From the human T2T-CHM13v2.0 reference genome, Homo sapiens: a stretch of 64,000 bases of DNA. Below are positions 13,401-26,626 of the stretch, one piece after another. The DNA lies in assembly GCF_009914755.1 (NCBI RefSeq), contig NC_060931.1, one strand, 5' to 3'. A model generated the notes under the pieces. It saw only the letters and a program-made list of their open reading frames with translations. It did not search any database and was not told where the DNA came from. Numbering within the stretch: position 1 is the first letter of the stretch; every line of letters begins with the position of its first letter. Position numbers and translations under genes: made by a program.

Positions 13401-16400
13401 CAGACATCACTCACACCCACAGTCTCACCATAAGAGGTGACACCTGCAGACGTCACTCACACCCACACTCTCACCATAAGAGCTGTCGCCCACAGACGTG
13501 ACTCACACCCACACTCTCCCCAAAAGAGCTGTCGCCCGCAGAAGTCACTCACACCCACACTCTCACCATAAGAGGTGACATCTGCAGACGTCACTCACAC
13601 CCACACTCTCACCATAAGAGGTGACACCTGCAGACGTCACTCACACCCACATTCGCACCATAAGAGGTGACACCTGCAGACGTCACTCACACCCACACTG
13701 TCACCATAAGAGGTGACACCTGCAGACGTCTCTCACACCCACACTCTCTCCATAAGAGGTGACACCTGGAGACGTCACTCACACCCACACTCTCACCATA
13801 AGAGCTGACACCCGCAGACGTCACTCACACCCACACTCTCACCATAAGAGCTGATGCCGGCACACGTCACACACACCCACACTCTCACTATAAGAGGTGA
13901 CACCTACAGACATCACTCACACCCACATTCTCACCATAAGAGCTGACAACCACAGACATCACTCACACCCACACTGTCACCATAAGAGCTGAGGCCCACA
14001 GAGGTCACTCACACCCATACTCTCACCATAAGAGCTGACACCCGCAGACGTCACTCACACCCACACTCTCACCATACGAGCTGTCACCCACAGAGGTCAC
14101 TCACACCCATACTCTCACCATAAGAGCTGACACCCGCAGACGTCACTCACACCCACACTCTCACCATAAGAGCTGAGGCCCACAGAGGTCACTCACACCC
14201 ATACTCTCACCATAAGAGCTGACACCCGCAGACGTCACTCACACCCACACTCTCACCATAAGAGCTGAGGCCCACAGAGGTCACTTACAGCCATACTCTC
14301 ACCATAAGAGGTGACACCTGCAGACGTCACTCACACCGACACTCTCACCATAAGAGGTGACACTTGCAGACGTCACTAACACCCACATTCTCACCATAAG
14401 AGCTGACACCTGCAGACGTCACTCAAACTCACACTCTCACCATAAGAGCTGTCATGCACAGACATCACTCACACCCACACTGTCACCCTAAGAGGTGACA
14501 CCCGCAGACGACACTAACAACCAGATTCTCACCATAAGAGCTGACACCCGCAGACGTCACTCACACCCACACTCTCACCATAAGAGCTGACGCCCGCAGA
14601 CGTCACTCACACTCACACTCCCACGATAAGAGCTGACAACTGAAGACGTCACTCACATCCACACTCTCTCCATAAGAGCTGACAACCGCAAACGTCACTG
14701 ACACCCACACTCTAACGATAAGAGGTGACATCTGCAGACGTCACTCACACCCACACTCTCACCATAAGAGCTGAGGCCCACAGAGGTCACTCACACCCAT
14801 ACTCTCACCATAAGAGCCGACACCTGCAGATGTCACTCACATCCACACTCTCACCATAAGATGTGACACCTGCAGACATCACTCACATCCACACTCTGTC
14901 CATAAGAGCTGACACCCGCAGACGTCACTGACACCCACACTCTCACGATAAGAGGTGACATCTGCAGACGTCACTCACACCCACACTCTCACCATAAGAG
15001 GTGACACCTGCAGATGTCACTCACACCCATACTCTCAACATAAGAGCTGACACCTGCAGACGTCACTCACACCCACACTCTCACCATAAGAGGTGACATC
15101 TACAGACGGCACTCACACCCACACTCTCACCATAAGAGCTGAGGCACAAAGAGGTCACTCACATCCATACTCTCACCATAAGAGGTGACACCTGCAGACG
15201 TCACTCACACCCACACTCTCACCATAAGAAGTGACACATGCAGATGTCACTCACACCCACACTGTCACCATAAGAGCTGATGCCTGCAGACGTCACTCAC
15301 ACCCACACTCTAACCATAAGAGTTGACACCTGCAGATGTCACTTACACCCACACTCTCACCATAAGAGCTGAGGCCCACAGAGGACACTCACACCCATAC
15401 TCTCACCATAAGAGCTGATGCCTGCAGACGTCACTCACGTACACACTTCTCACCATAAGAGGTGACACATGCAAACGTCACTCACACCCACACTCTCACC
15501 ATAAGAAGTGACACCTGCAAACGTCACTCACACCCACACTCTCACCATAAGAAGTGACACCTGCAGACATCACTCACACCCACAGTCTCACCATAAGAGG
15601 TGACACCTGCAGACGTCACTCACACCCACACTCTCACCATAAGAGCTGACACCTGCAGACGTCACTCACACCCACACTCTCACCATAAGAAGTGACACCT
15701 GCAAATGTCACTCACACCCACGCTCTCACCATAAGAAGTGACACCTGCAGACATCACTCACACCCACAGTCTCACCATAAGAGGTGACACCTGCAGACGT
15801 CACTCACACCCACACTCTCACCATAAGAGCTGTCGCCCGCAGACGTGACTCACACCCACACTCTCCCCAAAAGAGCTGTCGCCCGCAGAAGTCACTCACA
15901 CCCACACTCTCACCATAAGAGGTGACATCTGCAGACGTCACTCACACCCACACTCTCACCATAAGAGGTGACACCTGCAGACGTCACTCACACCCACATT
16001 CGCACCATAAGAGGTGACACCTGCAGACGTCACTCACACCAACACTCTCACCATAAGAGCTGACACCTGCAGACGTCTCTCACACCCACACTCTCTCCAT
16101 AAGAGGTGACACCTGGAGACGTCACTCACACCCACACTCTCACCATAAGACCTGACACTCGCAGACGTCACTCACACCCACACTCTCACCATAAGAGCTG
16201 ATGCCGGCACACGTCACACACACCCACACTCTCACTATAAGAGGTGACACCTACAGACATCACTCACACCCACATTCTCACCATAAGAGCTGACACCCAC
16301 AGACATCACTCACACCCACACTGTCACCATAAGAGCTGAGGCCCACAGAGGTCACTCACACCCATACTCTCACCATAAGAGCTGACACCCGCAGACATCA

Positions 16401-19400
16401 CTCACACACACACTCTCACCATAAGAGCTGAGGCCCACAGAGGTCACTCACACCCACACTCTCACCATAGAGCTGACACCCGCAGACGTCACTCACACCC
16501 ACACTCTCACCATAAGAGCTGACACCCGCAGACGTCACTCACATCCACACTCTCACCATAAGAGGTGACACGTGCAGACGTCACTCACACCCACATTCTC
16601 ACCATAAGAGCTGTCGCCCGCAGAGGTCACTCACACCCACAATCTCACCATAAGAGCCGACGCCCGCAGACATCACTCACACCCACACACGTCACTCACA
16701 CTCACACTCTAGCCATAAGAGCTGACGCCCGCAGACGTCACTCACACCCACACTCTCACCATAAGAGGTGACACCTGCAGACATCACTCACACCCACACT
16801 CTCACCATAAGAGCTGACACATGCAGACGTCACTCACACCCACACTCTCACCATAATTGGTGACACCTGCAGACGTCACTCACACCCACACGTCACTCAC
16901 ACCCACACTCTCACCATAAGAGCTGACGCCCGCAGATGTCACTCACACCCACACTCTCACCCTAAGAGGTGAAACCTGCAGACGTCACTCACACCCACAC
17001 TCACCATAAGAGTTGACACCTGCAGACGTCATTCACACCCACACTCTCACCATAATTGGTGACACCTGCAGACGTCACTCACACCCACACGTCACTCACA
17101 CCCACACTCTCACCATAAGAGCTGACGCCCGCAGACGTCACTCACACCCACACTCTCACCAAAAGAGCTGAGGCCCACAGAGTTCACTTACAGCCATACT
17201 CTCACCATAAGAGGTGACACCTGCAGACGTCACTCACACCGACACTCTCACCATAAGAGGTGACACTTGCAGACGTCACTAACACCCACATTCTCACCAT
17301 AAGAGCTGACACCTGCAGACGTCACTCAAACTCACACTCTCACCATAAGACCTGTCACGCACAGACATCACTCACACCCACACTGTCACCCTAAGAGGTG
17401 ACACCTGCAGACGTCCCTCACACCCACACTCTCACCATAAGAGGTGACACCCGCAGACGTCACTCAAACCCACACTCTCACCATAAGAGGTGACACCTGC
17501 AGACGTCACTCGCACCCACACTCTCACCATAAGAGGTGACACCTGCAGACGTCATTCACACCCACACTCTCACCATAATTGGTGACACCTGCAGACGTCA
17601 CTCACACCCACACTCTCACCATAATTGGTGACACCTGCAGACGTCACTCACACCCACACTCTCACCATAATTGGTGACACCTGCAGATGTCACTCACACC
17701 CACACTCTCACCATAAGAGCTGACGCCCGCAGACGTCACTCACAACCACACTCTCACCATAAGAGGTGACACCTGCAGACGTCACTCACACCCACACTCT
17801 CACCATAAGAGCTGAGGCCCACAGAGGACACTCACACCCATACTCTCACCATAAAAGCTGATGCCTGCAGACGTCACTCACGTACACACTTCTCACCATA
17901 AGAGGTGACACATGCAAACGTCACTCACACCCACACTCTCACCATAAGAAGTGACACCTGCAAACGTCACTCACACCCACACTCTCACCATAAGAAGTGA
18001 CACCTGCAGACATCACTCACACCCACAGTCTCACCATAAGAGGTGACACCTGCAGACGTCACTCACACCCACACTCTCACCATAAGAGCTGACACCTGCA
18101 GACGTCACTCACACCCACAGTCTCACCATAAGAGGTGACACCTGCAGACGTCATTCACACCCACACTCTCACCATAATTGGTGACACCTGCAGACGTCAC
18201 TCACACCCACAGTCTCACCATAAGAGCCGACGCCCGCAGACGTCACTCACACCCACACTCTCACCATAAGAGGTAACACCTTCAGACGTCATTCACACCC
18301 ACACTCTCACCATAATTGGTGACACCTGCAGACGTCATTCACACCCACACTCTCACCATAAGAGCCGACGCCCATAGACGTCACTCACACCCACACACGT
18401 CACTCACACCCACACTCTCACCATAAGAGGTGACACCTGCAGACGTCACTCACACCCACACTCTCACCATAAGAGCTGTCGCCCGCAGAGGTCACTCACA
18501 CTCACACTCTCACCATAAGAGCCGACGCCCGCAGACGTCACTCACACCCACACTCTCACCATAAGAGGTAACACCTGCAGACGTCATTCACACCCACACT
18601 CTCACCATAATTGGTGACACCTGCAGACGTCATTCACACCCACTCTCACCATAAGAGCCGACGCCCATAGACGTCACTCACACCCACACACGTCACTCAC
18701 ACCCACACTCTCACCATAAGAGGTAACACATGCAGACGTCACTCACACCCACACTCTCACCATAAGAGCTGTCGCCCGCAGAGGTCACTCACACCCACAC
18801 TCTCACCATAAGAGGTAACACCTTCAGACGTCATTCACACCCACACTCTCACCATAATTGGTGACACGTGCAGACGTCACTCACACCCACACTCTCACCA
18901 TAAGAGGTGACACCCGCAGACATCACTCACACCCACACTCTCACCATAGAGCTGACGCCCGCAGACGTCACTCACGCCCACACTCTCACCATAAGAGGTG
19001 ACACCTGCAAACGTCACTCACACACACACTCTCACCATAAGAGGTGACACCTTCAGACGTCATTCACACCCACACTCTCACCATAAGAGGTGACACCTGC
19101 AGACGTCACTCACACCCACACTCTCACCATAAGAGCTGACGCCCGCAGACGTCACTGTCACCCACACTCTCACCATAAGAGCTGACACGTGCAGACGTCA
19201 CTCACACCCATACTCTCACCATAATAGCTGTCGCCCGGAGGCGTCACTCACACCCACACTCTCACCATAAGAGGTGACACCTGCAGACGTCACTCACACC
19301 CACACTCTCACCATAAGAGCTGACACCCGCAGACGTCACTCACACCCACACTCTCACCCTAAGAGGTGACATCTGCAGACGTCACTCACACCCACACTCT

Positions 19401-21015
19401 CACCATAAGAGGTGACACCTGCAAACGTCACTCACACACACACTCTCACCATAATTGGTGACACCTGCAGACGTCACTCACACCCACACTCTCACCATAA
19501 GAGCTGACGCCCGCAGACGTCACTGACACCCACACTCTCACCATAAGAGCTGACGCCTGCAGACGTCACTCACACCCACACTCTCACCATAAGAGCTGTC
19601 GCCCGCAGAGGTCACTCACACCCACACTCTCACCATAGAGCTGACGCCCGCAGACGTCACTCACACCGACACTCTCACCATAAGAGCTGACACCTGCAGA
19701 CGTCACTCACACCCACACTCTCACCATAAGAGCTGACACCCGCAGACGTCACTCACACCCACACTCTCACCATAAGAGCTGACACCTGCAGACGTCACTC
19801 ACACCCACACTCTCACCATAAGAGCTGTCGCCCGCAGAGGTCACTCACACCCACACTCTCACCATAGAGCTGACGCCCGCAGACGTCACTCACACCGACA
19901 CTCTCACCATAAGAGCTGACACCTGCAGACGTCACTCACACCCACACTCTCACCGTAAGAGGTGACACCAGCAGACGTCACTCACACCCACACTCTCACC
20001 ATAAGAGCTGTCGCCCGCAGGCGTCACTCACACCCACACTCACCATATGAGCTGACACCTGCAGACGTCACTCACACCCACATTCTCACCATAAGAGCTG
20101 TCGCCCGCAGACGTCACTCACACCCACACTCTCACCATAAGAGGTGACACCTGCAGACGTCACTCACACCCACATTCTCACCATAAGAGCTGACACCCGC
20201 AGACGTTACTCACATCCACACTCTCACCAGAAGGGGTGTCACCTGCAGACGTCACTCACACCCACACTCTCACCATAAGAGCTGTCGCCCGCAGAGGTCA
20301 CTCACACCCACACTCTCACCATAAGAGCTGACGCCCACAGATGTCACTCACACCCACACACGTCACTCACACTCACACTCTCACCATAAGAGCTGACGCC
20401 CGCAGACGTCACTCACACCCACACTCTCACCATAGAGCTGACACCCGCAGACGTCACTCACACCCACACTCTCACCATAAGAGCTGACACCCGCAGACGT
20501 CACTCACACCCACACTCTCACCATAAGAGCTGACATCTGCAGACGTCACTCACACCCACACTCTCACCATAAGAGCTGACACCTGCAGACGTCACTCACA
20601 CCCACACTCTCACCATAAGAGCTGACACCTGCAGACGTCACTCACACCCACACTCTCACCATAAGAGCTGACACCTGCAGACGTCACTCACACCCACACT
20701 CTCACCATAAGAGCTGACACCCGCAGACGTCACTCACACCCACACTCTCACCATAAGAGCTGACATCTGCAGACGTCACTCACACCCACACTCTCACCAT
20801 AAGAGCTGACACCTGCAGACGTCACTCACACCCACACTCTCACCATAAGAGCTGACACCTGCAGACGTCACTCACACCCACACTCTCACCATAAGAGCTG
20901 ACACCTGCAGACGTCACTCACACCCACACTCTCACCATAAGAGCTGACACCTGCAGACGTCGCTCACACCCACACTCTCACCATAAGAGCTGACATCTAC
21001 AGACATCACTCACAC
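10477..21015. repeat. Large VNTR, 46-bp unit, ~229 copies (~10.5 kb)
   Basis: Consensus CTCTCACCATAAGAGSTGACACCYGCAGACGTCACTCACACCCACA; period 46 (10477, 10523, ...); many recurrent unit variants. Confidence 0.99.
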
Positions 21016-21019
21016 AGTC

Positions 21020-21150
21020 AACTCAGTCAGTCCTTATGATAACCCTTAGTGGCATAAACTGTCATGGTCCCCATTCCATATTCAGAAACTAGAGCCCAGA
21101 GAGGTTGGGTGCCTTGCTGGAGCCCATAGAGGAATGGGCAGCGGCAGGAA
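21020..21150 (-). mobile_element. Degraded MIR
   Basis: CCCCATTCCATATTCAGAAACTAGAGCCCAGAGAGGTTGGGTGCCTTGC resembles the MIR core. Confidence 0.55.
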
Positions 21151-21363
21151 AGTCTGACTGACACTTAGCACCCATGAGGGAGGTACGGAAACAGGATCAA
21201 CCATTCCAGACCACCGGGAGCTCAGGAAACCTCATCATCGTGCTCACTTGAGCCAAGATCCAGGAAATATTAAGTCCTTAGGGGCTTCAAAAGCGAAGGA
21301 GAACGGCAGGGTGGACAAGTGCTGGGTTCTTTTCAGCCAGCACATGCCGATGACCAGCTCTGC

Positions 21364-21439
21364 GTTGCAGTGAGCTGAGATTGCGCCATTGCACTCCAGC
21401 CTGGGCAACAAGAGTGAAACTTCATCTCAAAAAGAAAGA
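21364..21439 (+). mobile_element. Alu 3' fragment (AluS-type)
   Basis: GTTGCAGTGAGCTGAGATTGCGCCATTGCACTCCAGCCTGGGCAACAAGAGTGAAACTTCATCTCAAAAAG. Confidence 0.95.
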
Positions 21440-21444
21440 ATGTA

Positions 21445-22020
21445 ACCATCAAAATTAAAACTTCTGTGCATCAAAGGACACTATTAGCAGCAGGAAAAGG
21501 CAGCCAGGGAGTGGGGAAATATTTGCCCTCATCTATCTGATAAGGGATTTGTATCCAAAATACATAAAGAACCACAACTCGACAACAACAACAAAAAACC
21601 TGATTAAAAACGGGTAAAGGACCTGAGTAGACTTTTCTCCAGAGAAGATGTACAAACAGCTGAAAGCACAGGGAAGGCGCCCAGCATCACCAGCGTCAAG
21701 GCAACGCAAATCAAAACCACAGTGAGACCTACTGCCCGCTCAGCAGGACATCTGCTATCAAAAAACGAAACGAAGCAAAACCGAAAATAACGCGTGTGGG
21801 TGAGAACATGGAGAAAATAGGGCCCTGTGCTCCGCGGGCAGGAACGTAACGTGATGCAGTCGCCGTGGAAAGCACACGGGAAAAGTTCAATGTGGAAGTA
21901 GCAGATGATCCGACAGCCCCATTTGATTTTACACCCAATACCTGCAAGCAGGGCTCGCGCAGAGGCTCAGGCAGCCATGCTGGTGGCACATGGGCTGTCG
22001 CGGCTGCTCCCGGTGGAATC
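21445..22020 (+). mobile_element. L1M (L1MB-like) ORF2 3' fragment
   Basis: CATCAAAATTAAAACTTCTGTGCATCAAAGGACAC...TCTGATAAGGGATTTGTATCCAAAATACATAAAGAA...GCAAATCAAAACCACAGTGAGA. Confidence 0.85.
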
Positions 22021-22237
22021 AGCCCCATTTCTGATTTTACACCCAACAACTGCAAGCAGAGCTCGCGCAGAGGCTCAGGCAGCCATGCTCGTGGCACGTG
22101 GGCTGTCGCGGCTGCTCCCGGTGGAATCAGCCCCCTTTCTGATTTTACACCCAACACCTGCAAGCAGGGCTCGCGCAGAGGCTCAGGCAGCCATGCTCGT
22201 GGCACGTGGGCTGTCGCGGCTGCTCCCAGTGGAATCA
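21914..22237. repeat. ~108-bp minisatellite x3
   Basis: CAGCCCC...TTTTACACCCAA...GCTCGCGCAGAGGCTCAGGCAGCCATGCT...GGAAT at 21914, 22020, 22128. Confidence 0.93.
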
Positions 22238-24050
22238 CAGCTACAATCGAGCTCAGGTAAAGGCTTCCATGGAGGGTCTAGACTGCATTTCCAGGCACCA
22301 GGATGAGTTTAAATTCAGCTCCCAAAGAAGACCAGTGAACACACCAATGAACATACACTTCACACTGCCACACCCCAAGATAAGACCCAGAAACTCACAT
22401 TCAGGGAAAGACAGCCCCTCTTACATGCCACCCAGACCCCCATACGAGAGTGTCAGACCCCAGCACCTTCCAAAAACACAAAATGTCCCCCTGCCGAGGA
22501 GCCAGCATCTGGGCCCTTAGAAGCCGTGACAACGAGCAGCAAAGCGCAGGGCCTCACCCAAGAGATACCCAGGACAGCACAGACGGGGGAAGCTCCAGCA
22601 ACCCTACACAGGCCCCAAGAAGCCACCAGCCAGACCAGGCTCGGGAAGAGCTGTCTTCAGCAGGAACAAGGCAGTTTAGTAACTAGAAGCAATATGGGAT
22701 GGGGCTGAGCCATCATCAGGAGCTCCGTCCAGTGGGGAGCATTGGCCCCAGTCGCAGGCAAGGGAGGCTGTTTCAAGTTTAGGCCTCCAGAAGAGGCAGC
22801 TCCTCGACCAAACTGAAGACACATAATTTCCTGTTAAATTAACACTTGCAACGCCTTGCACCCAGGTCTTGAATGCTAATTATACTCGCCGGCATTTAAT
22901 ACAAGACACCCTGGAGTCTGGGCTGAAATGCCACACAGGAATCTGGAATCGCATAAAACGTGGAAAACCAGACTTTTCTAGCCCAAGAATGAGTGAGATG
23001 TAAAAATCAAAGAGGTCCCACACGTAACCCACCAAGAAAGAACAAGTGAGGCTGTGTTGCTGGAGGTGGTCGCTCTCCCCAAGCTCAGTCCTGACAGAAA
23101 TGACGCTCTGACGGTGCACAATTTGCAATGTGCAGGAACAGACCCCAGCACCTTTCATCGGTGGGTTTAGGAGAGGGGCCCAGGGGACCCTGGCACTCCT
23201 CTGATGAGAAATCAGGCACCAGCTTGTGCATCTGTTTCCCTGGAAATCACTGCTTCCCTGTTGGTTTGCACATGTCCTGTCAGCCCTGTGAGGTGAGAAC
23301 CCAGAAGCTGATGGACGATACCCAAAACAGAGCTTTAGGCAGAAGACAGCTTGGACCCAAGGCCTCAGTTAGGCCATGGAGGGAAAGTATGGTGCGGACA
23401 CCTGGGACCGCAGTGGGCGGGAGAAATTCTGGAGGATAAAATGTTGGGCCCCAGTGCTCCATCTCTGAGGGTGGACCCTGCTGCCTGGGAGCAGTCCTGG
23501 CAGGACCCCCACAGTCCACGTGACTGATGGTCTAGGCCTATGTCTGCTCAACTATGATGGCATAAACACCCCTCCCAGCAGAGCCTTGAAACTAAAGAAG
23601 TCATCTGAGTGACTAGACGTTAACAAGGAGAGAAAACCTAACTGCCTGTCTCCTGGCCAACGGGAAGACAGGTTTTTTGTCTTACTTTGGGTTTTGTCTT
23701 AATTTGGGTTTTTTGTGGGCTACTCTGGTAACCAGAGCTTTGTCTGGAGACAGCGTGTTCTTATAGGAGGCCACAGAGGGTTTTATGAAGAGTAAGCTTC
23801 GGAGGCTCAGGAGGACTTGTATTTTTGAGCAGGGTGGAGCAAGAGAAAGAACAAAGACAAAGGCCACCGGTTTTGGAAGCCCCAGGTAGAAGGAGACAGG
23901 GTCTTCCACCCCCGTGGAAAAACCTCCTGAAGCTACAAGCTGGGGCCAAAGCTGGTGTGGCAGCAGTGGTCACCCAGAGCTTTCCAATGCCGTCCACTCA
24001 TCCCAGGTGGGGAAACTGAGGCTGAGGAAGCAAAATGACTTGGTCACACA

Positions 24051-26220
24051 CATTTTATAATTTACAATTGTATATATATATGGGTGTCCATTTTCACACA
24101 GCTATAAAGAACTACCCAAGACTAAGTAATTTTTGAAGAAAAGAGATTTAATTGACTCACAGTTCCACAGGGCTGGGGAGGCCTCAAGAAACTAGTCATG
24201 GCAAAAGGCGAAGGAGAAGCAAGCACCTTCTTCCTGAGGCGGCAGAAGGAGTGGGGGTGGGGGGAGTGCTACACTTTTAAACCATCAGCTCTCATGAGAA
24301 CTCCCTCACTATCACGAGAACAGCGTGGTGGAAACCACCCGCATGATCCAGTCACCTCCCACCAGGTCCCTCCCCAATGCTGGGGATTACAACTCAAGGT
24401 GAGATGTGGGTGGGGACACAGAGCCAAACCATATCAATGGGTACAAGGCAATGCTATGATTTATGAATACAATGTGGAATAATTAAATCAAGCTAGTTAA
24501 CATATCCATCACTTCAAATACTTAACATTTTTGTGGCAAAAACATTTGGAATTTGTTCTCTCAGCAGTTTTGAGATGTATAACCGTCTACTATTATCTTC
24601 ATCACACTGTACAATCGAACTCAAAAAATTGCCCCTGAGATTTGTGCCCTCCACCTGTTATCTCCCCATTCCCTCCACCCCTGGCCTCTGGCGACCTCAG
24701 TTCTACTCTCTGCTACTGTGAGTTCAATTGTTTTCAGTTCCACATATGAGTAAGATCATGCGGTATTTGTCTTTCTGTGCCTGGCTTATTTCACTCAGCG
24801 TAATGCTTTCCAATTCCATCCATGATGCTGGAAATCACAGAATTCCTTCCTTTTTAAGACTGAATAGTATCCCACTGTGTCTTTATCCATCCATCTGTCG
24901 ATGGACATTTACGTTGATTCTATGTCATGGCCATTGTGGACAGTGCTGCAGTAAACATGAGGGTGCAGATCTCTCTTCAACATGCTGATTTTACTTCCTT
25001 TGGATAAATACCTCATAGTGGGATTGCTAGATGATATGGTAGTTTGTTGTTTGAGAGGCCTCCATACAGTTCTCCATAATGACTGTACCGATTTAGATTC
25101 CCAATAGTGCACAAGATTTCCCTTTTCACCACTTCCTCACCAACACTTGCTGTCTTTTTAATAATAGCCATTCTAACAGGTGTGATATGATATCCCATTG
25201 TGGTTTTGATTTGCATTTCCCTAATGATTAGCACAGTTGAGCATCTTTTCACATACATGTTGGCCATTTTTATGTCTTCTTTTGAGAAATATCTACTCAG
25301 ATTCTTTACCTGTCTTTTAATTGGGTTTTTCATTTTCATGCTATTGAGTTGTTTGAGCTTATTATATATTTTGGATATTAAGCCCTTATTGGATGTACAG
25401 CTTGCAAATATTTTCTCCCAATCCTTAGGTTGTCTGTGCACTCTGCTAACTGTTTTGTTTGCTGTGTAGAGCTTTGTATTTGATATAATCCCATTTGTTT
25501 ATTTTTGATTTTGTTGCCTGTGCTTTGGGGATCAAATCAAAAAAATTGTTGCCCAGGATAATGTTATGTCATTTTGCCCTGTGATTTCTTCTAGTAGTTT
25601 TACAGTTTCAGGTCTTAAATTTAAGTCTTTAATCCCTTTTGAGTTTTTGTATATGGTGAGAGATAAGTTCTAATTTCATTCTTCTGCATGTGGATATCCA
25701 GTTTTTCTGGCACCATTTATTGAAGACACTGTCCTTTTCCCATTATGTGTTCTTGCCACTTTTGCTGAAAATGAATTGAGCATAAATGCATGGATTCATT
25801 TTCTGGCTCTCTATTCTGTTCCATTAGTTGATGTGTCTATTTTGTTTTGTTGTTGCCAGTACCACGTTGTTTTGGTTATTATAGTTTCATAGTATATTTT
25901 GAAATCAGGTGGTGTGATGCATCCAGCTTTGTTCCTTTGGCTCCTGATTGCCTTGGCTATTCAGGGTTTTATGTGGTTCCATATGAATTTTAGGATTGCT
26001 TTTCTATTTCTGTAAAAAAAATGCCATTGGAATTTTGATAGGGGTTGCACTGAAACTATAGATTGCTCTAGGTAGTACGGACATTTTAACAATATTCTTT
26101 CAATCAATGAACATGGGATACCTTCTATTTATTTGCCTTGTCTTCCATTTCTTTCACCATCTCATAGTTTTCAGTGTACAGGTCTCACCGTCTGGGTTAA
26201 ATTAATTCCTATCTATTGCA
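24051..26220 (-). mobile_element. 5'-truncated L1MA element (~1.8 kb excluding the LTR insert), antisense
   Basis: L1MA 3'UTR (ATCAAGCTAGTTAACATATCCATCAC...). Minus-strand ORF 25013-25441 ([12 protein letters not shown]...[15 protein letters not shown]) is the L1 ORF2p C-terminal region. Confidence 0.93.
24085..24436 (-). mobile_element. Solo MaLR LTR (MSTA/THE1D-like) with 5-bp TSD ATGGG
   Basis: TGTCCATTTTCACACAGCTATAAAGAACTACC...GGGGACACAGAGCCAAACCATATCA; ATGGG at 24080-24084 and 24437-24441. Confidence 0.92.
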
Positions 26221-26626
26221 GTCACACATTTTTTTAGTGGCAGCACTCACCTTCTTGAGTGAACCATGGAGGTTGTGGCATTTGCTTGTCAAGGGCCTTG
26301 CATTCCTGGGGGTGCCCCCTCTGCTGTTGTGGTATCCTAGGATGGCTGTCAATCCCTAAACTTGCTCCCTTGCAGCCCAGGAGCCACAAGAACATCTCAT
26401 TCCCTGCCCAGTCACTGGTCAGGTGCAGGCCCTGACCCATTCCAAACCACGGCCCCCTCCTACATGCTTTTCTCTGGTGGAAGATTCTCTCTTTTCATGC
26501 AGATTGGTTGCTAAGCCCTGTGAACAGGAGTGAACAGGTGGACAAGCAGCCATCCCAACACCACACAAAGAGAGAGAAACTGGAGACAAAAGCAGCGGGG
26601 AGATGCTGCAGATCCCGGCCACTGTG

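Noticed and set aside
10477-21015. CRISPR array interpretation of the 46-bp periodicity (also 9102-9600 and 46705-47610)
   Set aside because: Variable parts are point variants or microsatellites, not unique spacers; no cas genes; primate genomic context.
25013-25441. ORF resembling a reverse-transcriptase-family protein C-terminus
   Set aside because: Fragment of decayed L1 ORF2 in a truncated element; not a gene.
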